Source: an uncultured cyanobacterium (GTDB lineage: Bacteria > Cyanobacteriota > Cyanobacteriia > Cyanobacteriales > Microcystaceae). Taken from it: a stretch of DNA of 64,000 nucleotides. Both the position numbers and the translations under genes were made by a program. The notes below the pieces were generated by a model, which saw only the letters and a program-made list of their open reading frames with translations, had not been told where the DNA came from and ran no database searches. Below, piece after piece: positions 30,636 through 41,373 of the stretch (within the stretch, counting starts at the first letter, position 1; each line of letters begins with the position of its first letter). The stretch lies in the NCBI GenBank assembly GCA_963807635.1, contig CAWEDJ010000105.1, positions 29,965 to 93,964 on the forward strand, written 5' to 3'.

Positions 30636-32987
30636 CTAATCATTGTCCTCTAAGTTTTTCTGAATTTTTGCTAGGAGTTCTTCGCAGTCTTTAACTAAAG
30701 GAATACCAAGTTCTTGGGAGAGGGTGAGGGCGTTTTGGCAATGGGTGAGGGCGGGTTGGGGTTGATTGGTTTGATGGGCGATTTCCGCAAGAGCTTTTAA
30801 ACTATGGGCGATTAAATATTTAAAGTTAATCTCTTGGGAAATAACTAAGGATTCTTGAATTTTGGCTTCTGCTTCGCTGTAATTTTCAAGTTCGATCAAT
30901 ATCTCCCCTATATTGTGTAGAGCAATTGCCTCCCCTCGCCGCAAGTTAATTTTTTTACTAATGTCAAGAGATTTCTGGTTAGAGTCGATCGCCTCTGTAT
31001 ATCGCTTCAAGGAATGATAACAACGTCCTAAAGCCCATAGAGAATTTGCCTCCCCTTCCTGATGGCCGATTTTTTTACTAATGTTGAGAGATTGCTGGTT
31101 AGAGTTGATCGCCTCTGTATATCGCTTCAAGGAATGATAACAAAGTGCTAAATGCAATAGAGCGAGTGCCTCCCCTTCCTGATCGCCGATTTTTTTACTA
31201 ATGTTGAGAGATTGCTGGTTAGATTCGATCGCCTCTGTATATTGCCCTAAGAAATAATAATAAAGTCCTAAATTCCCTAGAGCAAATGCTACTCTTTTTA
31301 GATCGCCCATTTTTTCGCTGATTTCAAGAAATTCCTTGTACTTGGATCTCGCTTCTGTATACTGCCCTAAGAAAGAATAATAAAGTCCTAAATTCATTAG
31401 ACAACCTGCTACCACTTCCTGATAGTCCATTTTTTTACTAATGTCGAGAGATTGCTGGGTAGAGTAGATCGCGTCTTTATACTTCCCCAAAAGATTATAA
31501 CAATTGCCTAAATTCACTAGACAACCTGCCACTCCTTTCTGATCGTCCATTTTTTCGCTAATGCCGAGAGATTCCTTGTACTTGGCGATCGCTTTTTCAT
31601 ACTCCCCCAAGGAACAATAACAATTGCCCAGACGGTTGAACGACTTCCTATGACAATCTTGTTCCCGTTGACTCCCTGCGATCACCTGCTCGTATAATTG
31701 CGCTCTCTGACGATAAAGCCCTTGTAATTCCAAAAATTGATCAACCGATTTATTTTTTCCTTCTCCCCCTCGCTCCTCATTCAAAATATCAAAAGCTAAC
31801 TGCCATTCTCCCAATTCCCCTGCATGGTAAAACCCCTCTAAATACACCGTCAAATCCGCCAACGATTCCCAGGGAGGCGCGGGTAAATGGGCCAAAAAAT
31901 AAGCCAACGCGGACTGATGCGCCGATCGCAATAGCTCAGAATCCGTTTGCTGTTGCACCACCATCGAAATTAAAGGCAAAAACTGAAACCGTCGCCGTTT
32001 TCCCTCTTTGGGTTCGGGGGGAAACTCCTGCAACAACGACAAACGGGCCAAATCCCGTAAATCTTTCTCTGTTACCCCAGCCGTTAACCCCTGAGCTAAC
32101 CCCAGATCAAAAATCCCTCGCAATACCGATAACCGCTTTAAAATATCCCCTAACCGTGCCGATAATCGCGACAAACTGGCCGCTACCACTTCCCTGACAC
32201 AGGTTTCCGTATCACGGTGATAACCCTCCACCGTAAACAAATCTAAGCCCAAGTTTTCCGCCTCTGTCACACAAACCTCTTCCCCCAACTCCTCCCGCAT
32301 CCAACTCGATACCAGTTGCATCAAGAGGGGATGCCGCCCCATCTGGTTCACAAATTGGGCTAATTCTTTCTTCGTTCCCGTTAAACCATAGTCTTCCGTC
32401 ACCAAACGCATCGCATCGGCTTCTGCTAACCCCTTTAAGGGCAACCAATAACAACGCGATCGCAAATTGGGGGCCAACGTTGGCTGTTCCCGACTGGTGA
32501 GCAACAGCTTACTGTTACCCCCGTTCCCTAGCCATTGGCTCAAAAATTGACCATAAACCGACTTCCCTTCTGCTGGTATTACCGTTTCCATATTGTCCAA
32601 CACCAACAAACAAGGCTCGGCGATTAACCCTGCGATTATCTGCCCAATTAACGTCTCCTCGTCCCATTTTTCATCATAAGCTTGTCCTAACTGCTCCAAT
32701 AACCATCGCCCAAATTGCGCCAAGGGGTAAGGCTGAATAAAATTCACCCACAACACCCGCCAATCAGGGGTTAACTGCTCTTTGAACTTCACCGCTAAAG
32801 CCGATTTCCCATAGCCTCCTGCGGCGGTCATCCCGATTAAGCGTACTTTGTCATTGCTTAGGGCGGTTTGTAGTTCATTTATTTCATCCTGTCGTCCCTG
32901 CCATTCATCTACAGGTGGAGGTGTGGTATTCAGGGTTGCTGATTGCGTTGGGGCTAACTTTGTCTGTTTTCCATCAGACGAATCCAG
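30636..32987 (-). CDS. NB-ARC (STAND) NTPase with TPR repeats (NLR-like)
   Basis: WQGRQDEINEL..., Walker A AAGGYGKS, Walker B LLVLDNME, LLTSRE, GRHPL; TPR array. The frame is open back to the TGA at 32988-32990; the first ATG (32831) lies inside the domain. Confidence 0.88.
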   Translation of the reverse strand: MDSSDGKQTKLAPTQSATLNTTPPPVDEWQGRQDEINELQTALSNDKVRLIGMTAAGGYGKSALAVKFKEQLTPDWRVLWVNFIQPYPLAQFGRWLLEQLGQAYDEKWDEETLIGQIIAGLIAEPCLLVLDNMETVIPAEGKSVYGQFLSQWLGNGGNSKLLLTSREQPTLAPNLRSRCYWLPLKGLAEADAMRLVTEDYGLTGTKKELAQFVNQMGRHPLLMQLVSSWMREELGEEVCVTEAENLGLDLFTVEGYHRDTETCVREVVAASLSRLSARLGDILKRLSVLRGIFDLGLAQGLTAGVTEKDLRDLARLSLLQEFPPEPKEGKRRRFQFLPLISMVVQQQTDSELLRSAHQSALAYFLAHLPAPPWESLADLTVYLEGFYHAGELGEWQLAFDILNEERGGEGKNKSVDQFLELQGLYRQRAQLYEQVIAGSQREQDCHRKSFNRLGNCYCSLGEYEKAIAKYKESLGISEKMDDQKGVAGCLVNLGNCYNLLGKYKDAIYSTQQSLDISKKMDYQEVVAGCLMNLGLYYSFLGQYTEARSKYKEFLEISEKMGDLKRVAFALGNLGLYYYFLGQYTEAIESNQQSLNISKKIGDQEGEALALLHLALCYHSLKRYTEAINSNQQSLNISKKIGHQEGEANSLWALGRCYHSLKRYTEAIDSNQKSLDISKKINLRRGEAIALHNIGEILIELENYSEAEAKIQESLVISQEINFKYLIAHSLKALAEIAHQTNQPQPALTHCQNALTLSQELGIPLVKDCEELLAKIQKNLEDND
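30940..31630 (-). repeat. 120-bp (40-aa) tandem TPR-coding repeats, about 6 units
   Basis: ttttttacta/ttttttcgct motif recurs at 120-bp spacing (30951, 31071, 31191, 31311, 31431, 31551). Confidence 0.85.
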
Positions 32988-33404
32988 TCAAAAAGTTACA
33001 GGCCCATTGAAAGTATTTCCCTGAACAACATTCTTGATTTGCTCGGCTAACTTCTGAGAATTAATAACGGTTGTCTGTTGCGTCTGAGATTTAATTGAAT
33101 TCACAAGGTCTTTTAGTAAAGGTTCCGTTTCTACCATTACGACTAATTCCTGCATCCTTTGAGCTACTTCAGGATTAGCCTTTGCGGCTGCTTCCGTTTC
33201 TAATACCGCTTTCCCATAATTCAAGGGCTGTTCAGGAGCTTTTTCAATCGCTGTGACCGTATCGGGTGATTCGTTTCTTAAGGAATTCAAAAAATCACCT
33301 GTTTGTTGCCAAAGAGTTTCAGCTACTTTTTCACCCGTTTTTTCAAGGGCTTTAGTTGCTACTACTGAACCAATGGCGATCGCGGCGGTTGTGAAGGGTT
33401 CCAT
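32988..33404 (-). CDS. Small helical protein in frame with the downstream NB-ARC-TPR ORF
   Basis: 138 aa MEPFTTAAIAIG...NGPVTF*; same frame as the 30636-32987 ORF. Confidence 0.75.
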   Translation of the reverse strand: MEPFTTAAIAIGSVVATKALEKTGEKVAETLWQQTGDFLNSLRNESPDTVTAIEKAPEQPLNYGKAVLETEAAAKANPEVAQRMQELVVMVETEPLLKDLVNSIKSQTQQTTVINSQKLAEQIKNVVQGNTFNGPVTF

Positions 33405-33561
33405 CGTCTTAATCAGGAGATTTTACAGGATTTTTAAATTCTAATACATCCATATCGAAATAACCAGCGATCGCATTTTAGTAGTGGAGATTGAGAACAG
33501 CGATCGCGTTAATTTAGAAAGATATGATAGAAATGTAAGCACAGCAAGGAGTCGTAAACAA

Positions 33562-34023
33562 ATGACACAAGCCTTAAACTTAGTAAAATCGCCCACAACA
33601 CTATACGATAACGACTTCTTGCAATGGACAGAAATAACGATCGCCCAATTACAGAATAGAGACTTTAAACAACTAGATATTGCCAACTTAATAGAGGAAA
33701 TAGACTCATTGGGAAAAGCACAGAAAAATGCCTTCAAAGGACAAATTCGGGCATTAATAGAGCATATCTTAAAAAGATGTTATGTCGAGATGCCCTTGGA
33801 ATATCCTGGCTGGGAACGGACAATTCGTAACATTCGCCCCGAAATTGAAGACTTGATTGAAACTTCTCCCAGCTTGCAAAATGACTTTTCCGATGTTTTA
33901 GATAAGGTTTATCAGCAATGCCTCAAAAAACTACGGCCAGAATATAAAAATACAAACTTTCCTGATACTTGGCAATTTTCGCGATCGCTTGATGATCTTC
34001 TGAATTTAGATGTATGGGAATAA
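33562..34023 (+). CDS. DUF29 family protein
   Basis: LYDNDFLQW...LDIANLIEEIDSLGK...LIEHILK...SPSL. Confidence 0.85.
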   Translation: MTQALNLVKSPTTLYDNDFLQWTEITIAQLQNRDFKQLDIANLIEEIDSLGKAQKNAFKGQIRALIEHILKRCYVEMPLEYPGWERTIRNIRPEIEDLIETSPSLQNDFSDVLDKVYQQCLKKLRPEYKNTNFPDTWQFSRSLDDLLNLDVWE

Positions 34024-34170
34024 CGATAAACGACATTCAAGAACAGGATTTTAGCTGAAACGACCATTATTGAGCTTACTCAAAGATTTCGCCAAATCGG
34101 GACTAAAAATATTACAATGGTATATTTGCTGCGGATGTAACTGATTGCGATTCCCCGTAGGCAACAATAT

Positions 34171-35341
34171 ATGCTCAACCCAAACCTAACAGAGATAGAA
34201 CTCTCAAAAGATGAATACCAACGGTATTCCCGTCACATTATATTGCCAGAAGTAGGACTAGACGGACAAAAACGCCTAAAAGCCGCTAGTGTCCTCTGTG
34301 TTGGTACGGGGGGACTCGGTTCTCCCCTCCTGCTGTACTTGGCCCGGCTGGAGTCGGTCGGATTGGCATTGTTGATTTTGATATTGTTGACAGTTCCAAC
34401 CTACAGCGTCAGATCATTCACGGAACTTCCTGGTCGGTAAACCCAAGGTCGAGTCTGCCAAAAACCGAATTTTAGAGATTAATCCCTTCTGTCAGGTCGA
34501 TTTATACGAAACCCCCCTCAGTTCTGCCAATGCGATCGATATTATCAAACCCTACGATATCGTCATTGATGGAACCGATAATTTTCCGACCCGTTACCTG
34601 ACCAACGATGCCTGTGTCTTGCTAGATAAACCTAATATCTATGGGTCAATCTTCCGCTTTGAAGGCCAAGCAACGGTCTTTAACTACCAAGGCGGCCCTA
34701 ATTATCGTGATTTATATCCCGAACCACCCCCACCAGGCATGGTTCCCTCCTGTGCAGAAGGTGGCGTTTTAGGCGTATTACCTGGCATTATTGGTACTAT
34801 TCAGGCAACGGAAGCGATTAAGATCATTCTAGGGGCAGAAAATACCCTCAGTGGTCGATTATTGCTATTTAATGCTTGGGATATGAAATTTAGGGAGCTA
34901 AAACTGCGTCCTAATCCTGAGCGTCCTGTAATCAAAGAACTGATTGATTATGAACAATTCTGTGGGATTCCCCAGGCAAAAGCGGCAGAGGAAGCCGAAA
35001 AATCAGCAATGCAAGAAATGACGGTATCGGAATTAAAAACCTTGATGGACAATGGCCCCCAGGACTTTGTTCTGATTGATGTCCGTAATCCCAACGAATA
35101 CGAAATTGCTCGCATTCCAGGTTCGGTGCTGATTCCCCTTCCTGATATTGAAGAGGGTAAAGGGATTGAACAAGTGCGTGAACTGCTGAATGGTCATCGT
35201 TTGATTGCTCATTGTAAGTTGGGCGGGCGATCGGCTAAGGCCCTAGCAATTCTCAAAGAAGCGGGCATTGAGGGAATTAATGTCAAAGGAGGCATTACGG
35301 CCTGGAGTCAAGAAGTTGATGACCGCGTTCCCCAGTACTAA
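34171..35341 (+). CDS. moeB: Molybdopterin-synthase adenylyltransferase with rhodanese domain (apparent frameshifts near 34344 and 34432)
   Basis: [48 protein letters not shown]. Confidence 0.9.
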
Positions 35342-35465
35342 TCCAGTAGAAATCACTTTTTTGAGGTAATTTAGAAGCACGGAGGGGATACATCTTGATC
35401 TTCCGTGCGTCTTTTGTTTAAAATCCGATTGATCCAACCGTTCTCCATTTTTTGAAGAGTCCCCC

Positions 35466-36042
35466 ATGATGAAGTCCCAAATTTTTCAGTCTTGTTTGCG
35501 TAAAACTGCCTTTTTTTCCTTGCCCGTTGGCTTAATGCTCTTGAGTTTACCTATGCCCCAGGCCCAAGCGGGTAATTGGAATCAATTTGATGTTTGTGTT
35601 GGTCAATTGAAAGATAGTGGCGTTGCGGCAGATAAGGCGGGGACAGCTTGTTCGGGGGCTTTAATTCCCAAAGAATTATCCGAATGTGTGGTGATTGTTC
35701 GGAGAAATTCTCCCATTGATGCGGATAATGCTCTACAAGGTTGTTATCAAGTCCGACGACCCATCGACTTAGGGAATTGTGTGGCAGATATTCAACGTTT
35801 CGACCTTGGGGGGCTATACAGGAGACAAAACGACTACTGGAACAGCAACGGATTCTCCTTCTCTGGCGGCTTTAAATTCCTGCCGTAAAAGCCTGTTACC
35901 AGGCAGACATTCGGAATGTGTGATTGCCCTTAGTCGAGATACGGCGACCTATACACCAATTAAGGCGATGGATACTTGTCTTGCGGCGGAAGATTTTCCC
36001 AAGGATCTTTTTCCTGCCTATGTTCAACAGCCTGTTCAGTAG
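35466..36042 (+). CDS. Secreted Cys-rich hypothetical protein (apparent frameshift near 35800)
   Basis: Signal peptide ending AQA; repeated C..C spacing across ORFs 35466-35888 and 35779-36042. Confidence 0.6.
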
Positions 36043-36047
36043 GGAAT

Positions 36048-36819
36048 ATGAAATTAAAAATTGGCTGGTTATATCCGACCTTGATGAGTACCTACGGCGA
36101 TCGCGGTAACGTGATTTGTATTCAACGTCGCGCCCAGTGGCGGGGGATCACCGTAGAAATCGTTTCCTTGGATCAACAAAGTTCGGCGATGGATTTTCGT
36201 TATGTCGATATTGTGGCGGGGGGCGGCGCTCAGGATCGCCAACAGGAGATCGTTATGCGAGATCTCCAAGGCGAAAAAGCGGCGGCCTTGAAAGCTCAAT
36301 TAGAAGAAGGAACGCCTGGGGTCTTTACCTGTGGTTCTCCCCAGTTACTCGGTCATTACTATGAACCCGCTTTTGGTCAACGGATTGACGGTTTAGGGTT
36401 ATTGGATTTAGTCAGCAAACATCCCGGCCCCGATGCTAAACGTTGTATTGGCAATGTGGTTTTTGAAATTACTGCCGAACCTTTCGGCCTCTGATCTTAA
36501 AAAAATGTTAGGGGAACCGCCCATTGTTATTGGTTTTGAAAATCATGGGGGACGTACCTATCTCGATAGTGTATCTCCCTTGGGCAAGGTGCAAAAGGGC
36601 TATGGTAACAACGGCGAAGATGGCTATGAAGGCGCATTTTATCGAAACGCGATCGCCACCTATTCTCACGGGCCATTGTTACCGAAAAATCCTTTTTTAG
36701 CGGATTGGCTGATTAAAACGGCTCTAGAACGTAAATATCAGACAGAAGTTAATTTAACCCCCTTGGACGATACTTTGGCCAAGCAAGCTAGAGCCGCTAT
36801 GTTAAAACGATTAGAATAG
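36048..36819 (+). CDS. gatD: Type 1 glutamine amidotransferase GatD/CobQ-like (apparent frameshift near 36483)
   Basis: LYPTLMSTYGDRGN, GFENHGGRT, TYSHGPLLPKN. Confidence 0.85.
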
Positions 36820-36848
36820 ATCTAATTCCTCTCACGCCCCTAGTCCTT

Positions 36849-38042
36849 ATGAATGAAAATCGTTTACGCATCTGCATTTTAGGAGGAGGTTTTGGGGGAT
36901 TATATACAGCCCTCCGCCTCAGTCAATTGCCTTGGGAAACGAGTCAGGCTCCCGAAATTATTCTGATTGACCAACAGGATCGTTTTCTGTTCGCGCCCTT
37001 TCTCTATGAATTAGTGACAGGAGAAATGCAAACCTGGGAAATCGCGCCGCCTTTTGAAGAGTTACTCGCAGAAACAGGGGTTCGCTTTCATCAGGGACAA
37101 GTCACCGCGATCGCCATAGAGGAAAAACAGGTACACCTAGAGCCATCAGTTAGCCTCGGTTACGACAAACTGGTGATCGCAATGGGCGGCAAAACCTCCT
37201 TACCAACCATTCCAGGGGTGAGGGATTATGCTCTACCTTTTCGGAATCTAGAGGATGCTTATCGACTCAAGGAACGTTTAAGATTATTGGAACAATCCCC
37301 TGCCGAAAAAATTCGGATTGCCATCGTCGGGGGCGGTTACAGCGGGGTCGAGTTGGCTTGTAAATTAGGCGATCGCCTGGGAGAACGGTGCAGATTGCGA
37401 CTGATTGAACGGGGTGATAGTATTTTAAAACTGTCGCCTGAATATAACCGTAAAACGGCTCAGGATGCCCTAGCAGAGCGGGGAATTTGGTTAGATCTGG
37501 AGACCGATATTACCGAAATCACCTCTGATAGTTTGAGTCTTCGCTATAAAGGGCAAATTGATACCATTCCCGTCGATATTGTCCTCTGGACGGTGGGAAA
37601 TGACGTTTCTGAGCTTATTCGAGATTTACCTCTCCCCCATGATAAAAACGGACTACTGGAAACCAATCATTTTCTCCAGGTGACAGATCATCCCGATATC
37701 TATGCTCTGGGAGATGTAGCCGCCTGTGAGGATGCAACGGGTCAACACTTACCCGCAACGGCCCAGGTCGCTTTTCAACAATCGGATTATTGTGCCTGGA
37801 ATATTTGGGCGGGGGAAACAAATCGACCACCTTTACCTTTCCGTTATCAAGCGTTAGGGGAAATGTTAACGCTCGGTATTGATAATGCAACGATCAACGG
37901 TCTAGGCATTAAGTTAAATGGAACTCCTGCCGCGATCGCAAGACGATTAATTTATCTCTATCGTTTACCGACTTGGCAACATCAATTAACGGTTGGTTTT
38001 AATTGGTTAACGCAACCTTTATTAGAAATTTTTAAGGGATAA
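36849..38042 (+). CDS. ndbB: Type II NAD(P)H dehydrogenase / demethylphylloquinone reductase
   Basis: RICILGGGFGGLYTALRL, GGGYSGVELA, PATAQVAFQQ. Confidence 0.8.
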   Translation: MNENRLRICILGGGFGGLYTALRLSQLPWETSQAPEIILIDQQDRFLFAPFLYELVTGEMQTWEIAPPFEELLAETGVRFHQGQVTAIAIEEKQVHLEPSVSLGYDKLVIAMGGKTSLPTIPGVRDYALPFRNLEDAYRLKERLRLLEQSPAEKIRIAIVGGGYSGVELACKLGDRLGERCRLRLIERGDSILKLSPEYNRKTAQDALAERGIWLDLETDITEITSDSLSLRYKGQIDTIPVDIVLWTVGNDVSELIRDLPLPHDKNGLLETNHFLQVTDHPDIYALGDVAACEDATGQHLPATAQVAFQQSDYCAWNIWAGETNRPPLPFRYQALGEMLTLGIDNATINGLGIKLNGTPAAIARRLIYLYRLPTWQHQLTVGFNWLTQPLLEIFKG

Positions 38043-38060
38043 AATTATTCAATAATTTAT

Positions 38061-38780
38061 TTAACGCAAATATCCATCTTCTAATTCAATAATACGATCT
38101 GCCACATCTAAAATACGGTTATCGTGGGTGACAATCAAAATAGTTGAACCTTGCTCCTTAGCTAAACGTTGCATAATATCCACCACATCATGACCCGATT
38201 TACTATCCAAAGAAGCCGTCGGTTCATCCGCTAAAATCATTTTAGGGTAACTCACTAAAGCGCGGGCGATCGCGACCCGTTGTTTTTGACCGCCCGATAA
38301 ATTGTGGGGATAATAATCTAAATGTTCTCCTAATCCAACGGAATTTAACATGGCGATCGCGCGTTCCTTGGCTTGTGAAGTAGAGTATTCGGGATGTAAT
38401 TCGATAGACATCTGCACATTTTGCCGTGCTGTTAGGCATTCCAAGAGATTATGAGCTTGGAAAATGTAGCCGATAAAACGACGAATTTTAACCAACTCGC
38501 GCTTTTTTGCCCCCATCATTTCTTTCCCAAAAACCTGTAAACTGCCCGATTGGGCTGACCGCAAGGCTCCCATCAGCGTTAATAAAGTAGTCTTTCCCGA
38601 ACCCGATGGCCCCTTAAGAATAACAACTTCTCCCTTATTCAAAGTCAAATTAATGTCAAATAAAATTTGTTTTTTAAGCGCGCCTTCTCCATAAAAATGA
38701 TTGAGATTCCTAATCGCAACCATGACATTTTCTAGATTCGCTTCTTCATTGGTATCGGCATTAGAAAATAGCGTTTGCAT
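38061..38780 (-). CDS. devA: DevA-family ABC exporter ATPase
   Basis: GPSGSGKT, LSGGQKQR, ILADEPT. Confidence 0.88.
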   Translation of the reverse strand: MQTLFSNADTNEEANLENVMVAIRNLNHFYGEGALKKQILFDINLTLNKGEVVILKGPSGSGKTTLLTLMGALRSAQSGSLQVFGKEMMGAKKRELVKIRRFIGYIFQAHNLLECLTARQNVQMSIELHPEYSTSQAKERAIAMLNSVGLGEHLDYYPHNLSGGQKQRVAIARALVSYPKMILADEPTASLDSKSGHDVVDIMQRLAKEQGSTILIVTHDNRILDVADRIIELEDGYLR

Positions 38781-38794
38781 TGATAGTTTCTCCC

Positions 38795-39946
38795 TTAAAA
38801 AATATCGGCAGGATCGGCTGATCGTAATTTCCCAACGGCGATCGCCCCCGAAAGAGTACACATCAGCATTGTTAACAGTAAAATCATGATCGCTCTCGTG
38901 ACGGTCATCAAAATAGGTAAACCCGTTGCTTTGGCGGTATTGGCATAGAAAAATAGAGAAAACCCTAAACTAGGAATAAAACCAATCACCGCTAATAATA
39001 ATGCTTCTTGAAAAACTACCATCAACAAATAATTATCCCCATAACCCATTGCCTTTAAAGTGGCATATTCGGGTAAATGATCCACCACATCCGTATAGAG
39101 AATCTGGTAAACAATGATAGTTCCCACAACAAAGCCCATCACCGTTCCCAAACCAAAGACAAAACCAATGGTCGTCCGTTTTTGCCAATAATTTTTTTCG
39201 TGTTCAATCAAACCTTCTTTGGTAAAAATCTGTATGTCTTTTGACGACAATTTATCTTTTATTTTTTTAAAAGTAACGTCCAAATTAGCATTCGGTTCTA
39301 ACTGAATTACACCGACATCAATTAATCCCTTGGTACGAGTCGGAAAGATGCGAAAAAAATTGAGGTCACTGGTGACAACGGTTCCATCTGCTCCGAAAGA
39401 TGCCCCTAAAGAAAATAATCCCCCTACCGTAATTTGTCGATTGGCAACTTCAGTTTTAACAACTTTTCCTGCTTCAAAATCCTGTTTAATGGGGCCAAAT
39501 TCTCCCCTAGAACGTTCATCAAATAACACTACATCGGGTTGCTTAATGATGGGTAAAGCTTCTTCCATTCCAGGTAAGGTAAACAGATTGTTCACAGGAT
39601 TTACTCCTACCACAAAAATTCGCCTATTTCCCTTGGTAATGGGATTTTTCCAGTCAGTAACATTGATATAAATCGGGCTAACATTTTTAACGCCTTCAAC
39701 TCCCATTACTTCGTATAAACGTCTGGAGGAAAAACTTTTGCCCCCGACTAAACTATCGGTTTGGGAGTGCAGAATAAAAATATCTCCCTGTAAACTTTTG
39801 TGCAACCTGACTGAACTATCAAATAGTGCATTTTTAAAACCCAATTGCATAAACATCAAAATATCCGCAAAGGCTATTCCCGCGATCGCGACAGCTAGGC
39901 GCATTTTTTCGTGGGTCAGTTGGAGCCAGGACAGGGGAATTTTCAT
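38795..39946 (-). CDS. devC: DevC-family ABC exporter permease
   Basis: MKIPLSWLQLTHEK..AIAGIAFADILMFMQLGF; EYATLKAMGY; ADPADIF. Confidence 0.9.
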   Translation of the reverse strand: MKIPLSWLQLTHEKMRLAVAIAGIAFADILMFMQLGFKNALFDSSVRLHKSLQGDIFILHSQTDSLVGGKSFSSRRLYEVMGVEGVKNVSPIYINVTDWKNPITKGNRRIFVVGVNPVNNLFTLPGMEEALPIIKQPDVVLFDERSRGEFGPIKQDFEAGKVVKTEVANRQITVGGLFSLGASFGADGTVVTSDLNFFRIFPTRTKGLIDVGVIQLEPNANLDVTFKKIKDKLSSKDIQIFTKEGLIEHEKNYWQKRTTIGFVFGLGTVMGFVVGTIIVYQILYTDVVDHLPEYATLKAMGYGDNYLLMVVFQEALLLAVIGFIPSLGFSLFFYANTAKATGLPILMTVTRAIMILLLTMLMCTLSGAIAVGKLRSADPADIF

Positions 39947-39981
39947 GTTGATTTTTTTAGCATGGGAAAAGCAAGATCAGT

Positions 39982-41373
39982 TTAGTCAGGAAGAATTTTC
40001 ACTAAAACCTTGGCGTAGGTTAATCCTTGGACTTTTTTACTCGATTCGGGACGTAGTAGGATTTTGACTTCCACCACACGGGCATCAATATCGGCGGATG
40101 GATCGGTTCCTAAGACATCTTTTTTGCCAATTTTGAGACCAATTACCCTGACTTGTCCCTCTAATTCGTCAGGGAAACTGCCGTTTTCACTCTTAATCAG
40201 AGCGGGTTGTCCTGGCTTAATATTACGAATATCACTTTCATAAACTTCGGCCACCACCATCATTTGTTGGGTTCTGCCAATGTCCGCAATACCGTCTGCA
40301 TCGGTCACTTTTTCTCCTGGTCGGGCGTAAATCTTCAAGACTTGACCATCAATGGGAGACTTGACCAAGCTAGTTTCTAAATCCGTCTTGGCTTGATTGA
40401 ATTCTGCTAGGGCCAAATTCAGTTCGGATGAGGACTGGAGGACATCAACGTTGCGCACTTCCGACACTTTAAAAAGATTTGCCTGGGCTTCTTTTGCTTG
40501 TTGATAAAGAGTTTCTGCGTCCTTTTGGGTAATGGCTTTTTGCTGTTGAATTTGTTCTTCTAGGGTGGCTTCTGTTTTCATTAAACGGGCTTGGGCTTCC
40601 TGTAGGCGTTGTTTGGCCGTTGCTACAGCCAGATTTCGTTGTTCCAAATCCGCCAAGGCGATCGCGCCTTCTTCGGCCAAAACCCGATAACGTCGATAAT
40701 CATTAGCCGCTTGCTTGAGTTCTGCTTCTAAACGCTGGATTGTTGCCTGTTGTTCAATTTTTTCCCACTGTAATTGTTTGCCCAAAGTATTAACCGAAGC
40801 TTCATTCACCGTTATTTTTCGTCTAAATTCTGACTGAGCGCGATTCACTTCCGCTTTTTGAGCCTCGATTTCTCCAATTTTTGCCCCTGCCTTCACCACC
40901 GATAAATTTGCCATTGCCACCTTCACGGATTCCCTTGCCGCTAGCAGGGCCGCCACCTTACGGTCATAATCATCCATAATCGCAATCACTTCCCCCGCCT
41001 TGACCTTCGCCCCTTCAGGAACCAAAATCCGCGAAATCTTTGCTCCGCCCATCGTTGGAGTTGCCGCTAACTTAACCACCTCACCAACGGGTTCAATTCT
41101 CCCCAGGGCCGAAACCACTTCTGGCTCTTTTTCTTGAACAGGGGAAGCAGTGGGCGGAGTTGACTCTGATGCCCCCGTTTTGGTACTTTTTAATCCATAA
41201 ACGATAGTTCCGCCTGTGATCAATAGACCTAACACAAGGGAGACCATAACCCAACGAAAACTGGAATCTGGAAGGGCGGGTTTGGAAGATTTTAAGGATT
41301 CACCCATAGAATTGGGCAAAGGTAAACTGGATTCTGGGAGAGCAGTTTTGGCAGACTTCAAGGATTCACCCAT
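39982..41373 (-). CDS. devB: DevB-family membrane fusion protein
   Basis: VSALGRIEP, coiled coil, AEVYESDI, DARVVEVKI. Confidence 0.88.
   Translation of the reverse strand: MGESLKSAKTALPESSLPLPNSMGESLKSSKPALPDSSFRWVMVSLVLGLLITGGTIVYGLKSTKTGASESTPPTASPVQEKEPEVVSALGRIEPVGEVVKLAATPTMGGAKISRILVPEGAKVKAGEVIAIMDDYDRKVAALLAARESVKVAMANLSVVKAGAKIGEIEAQKAEVNRAQSEFRRKITVNEASVNTLGKQLQWEKIEQQATIQRLEAELKQAANDYRRYRVLAEEGAIALADLEQRNLAVATAKQRLQEAQARLMKTEATLEEQIQQQKAITQKDAETLYQQAKEAQANLFKVSEVRNVDVLQSSSELNLALAEFNQAKTDLETSLVKSPIDGQVLKIYARPGEKVTDADGIADIGRTQQMMVVAEVYESDIRNIKPGQPALIKSENGSFPDELEGQVRVIGLKIGKKDVLGTDPSADIDARVVEVKILLRPESSKKVQGLTYAKVLVKILPD

Noticed and set aside
27840..30640. Classical integron cassette array
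   Set aside because: No tyrosine-recombinase gene and no recognisable RYYYAAC...GTTRRRY attC hairpins between cassettes; the separators are gene-tail copies.
30940..31630. Diversity-generating retroelement template/variable repeats in the TPR gene
   Set aside because: No reverse transcriptase is in the window, and differences between repeats are not restricted to adenines.
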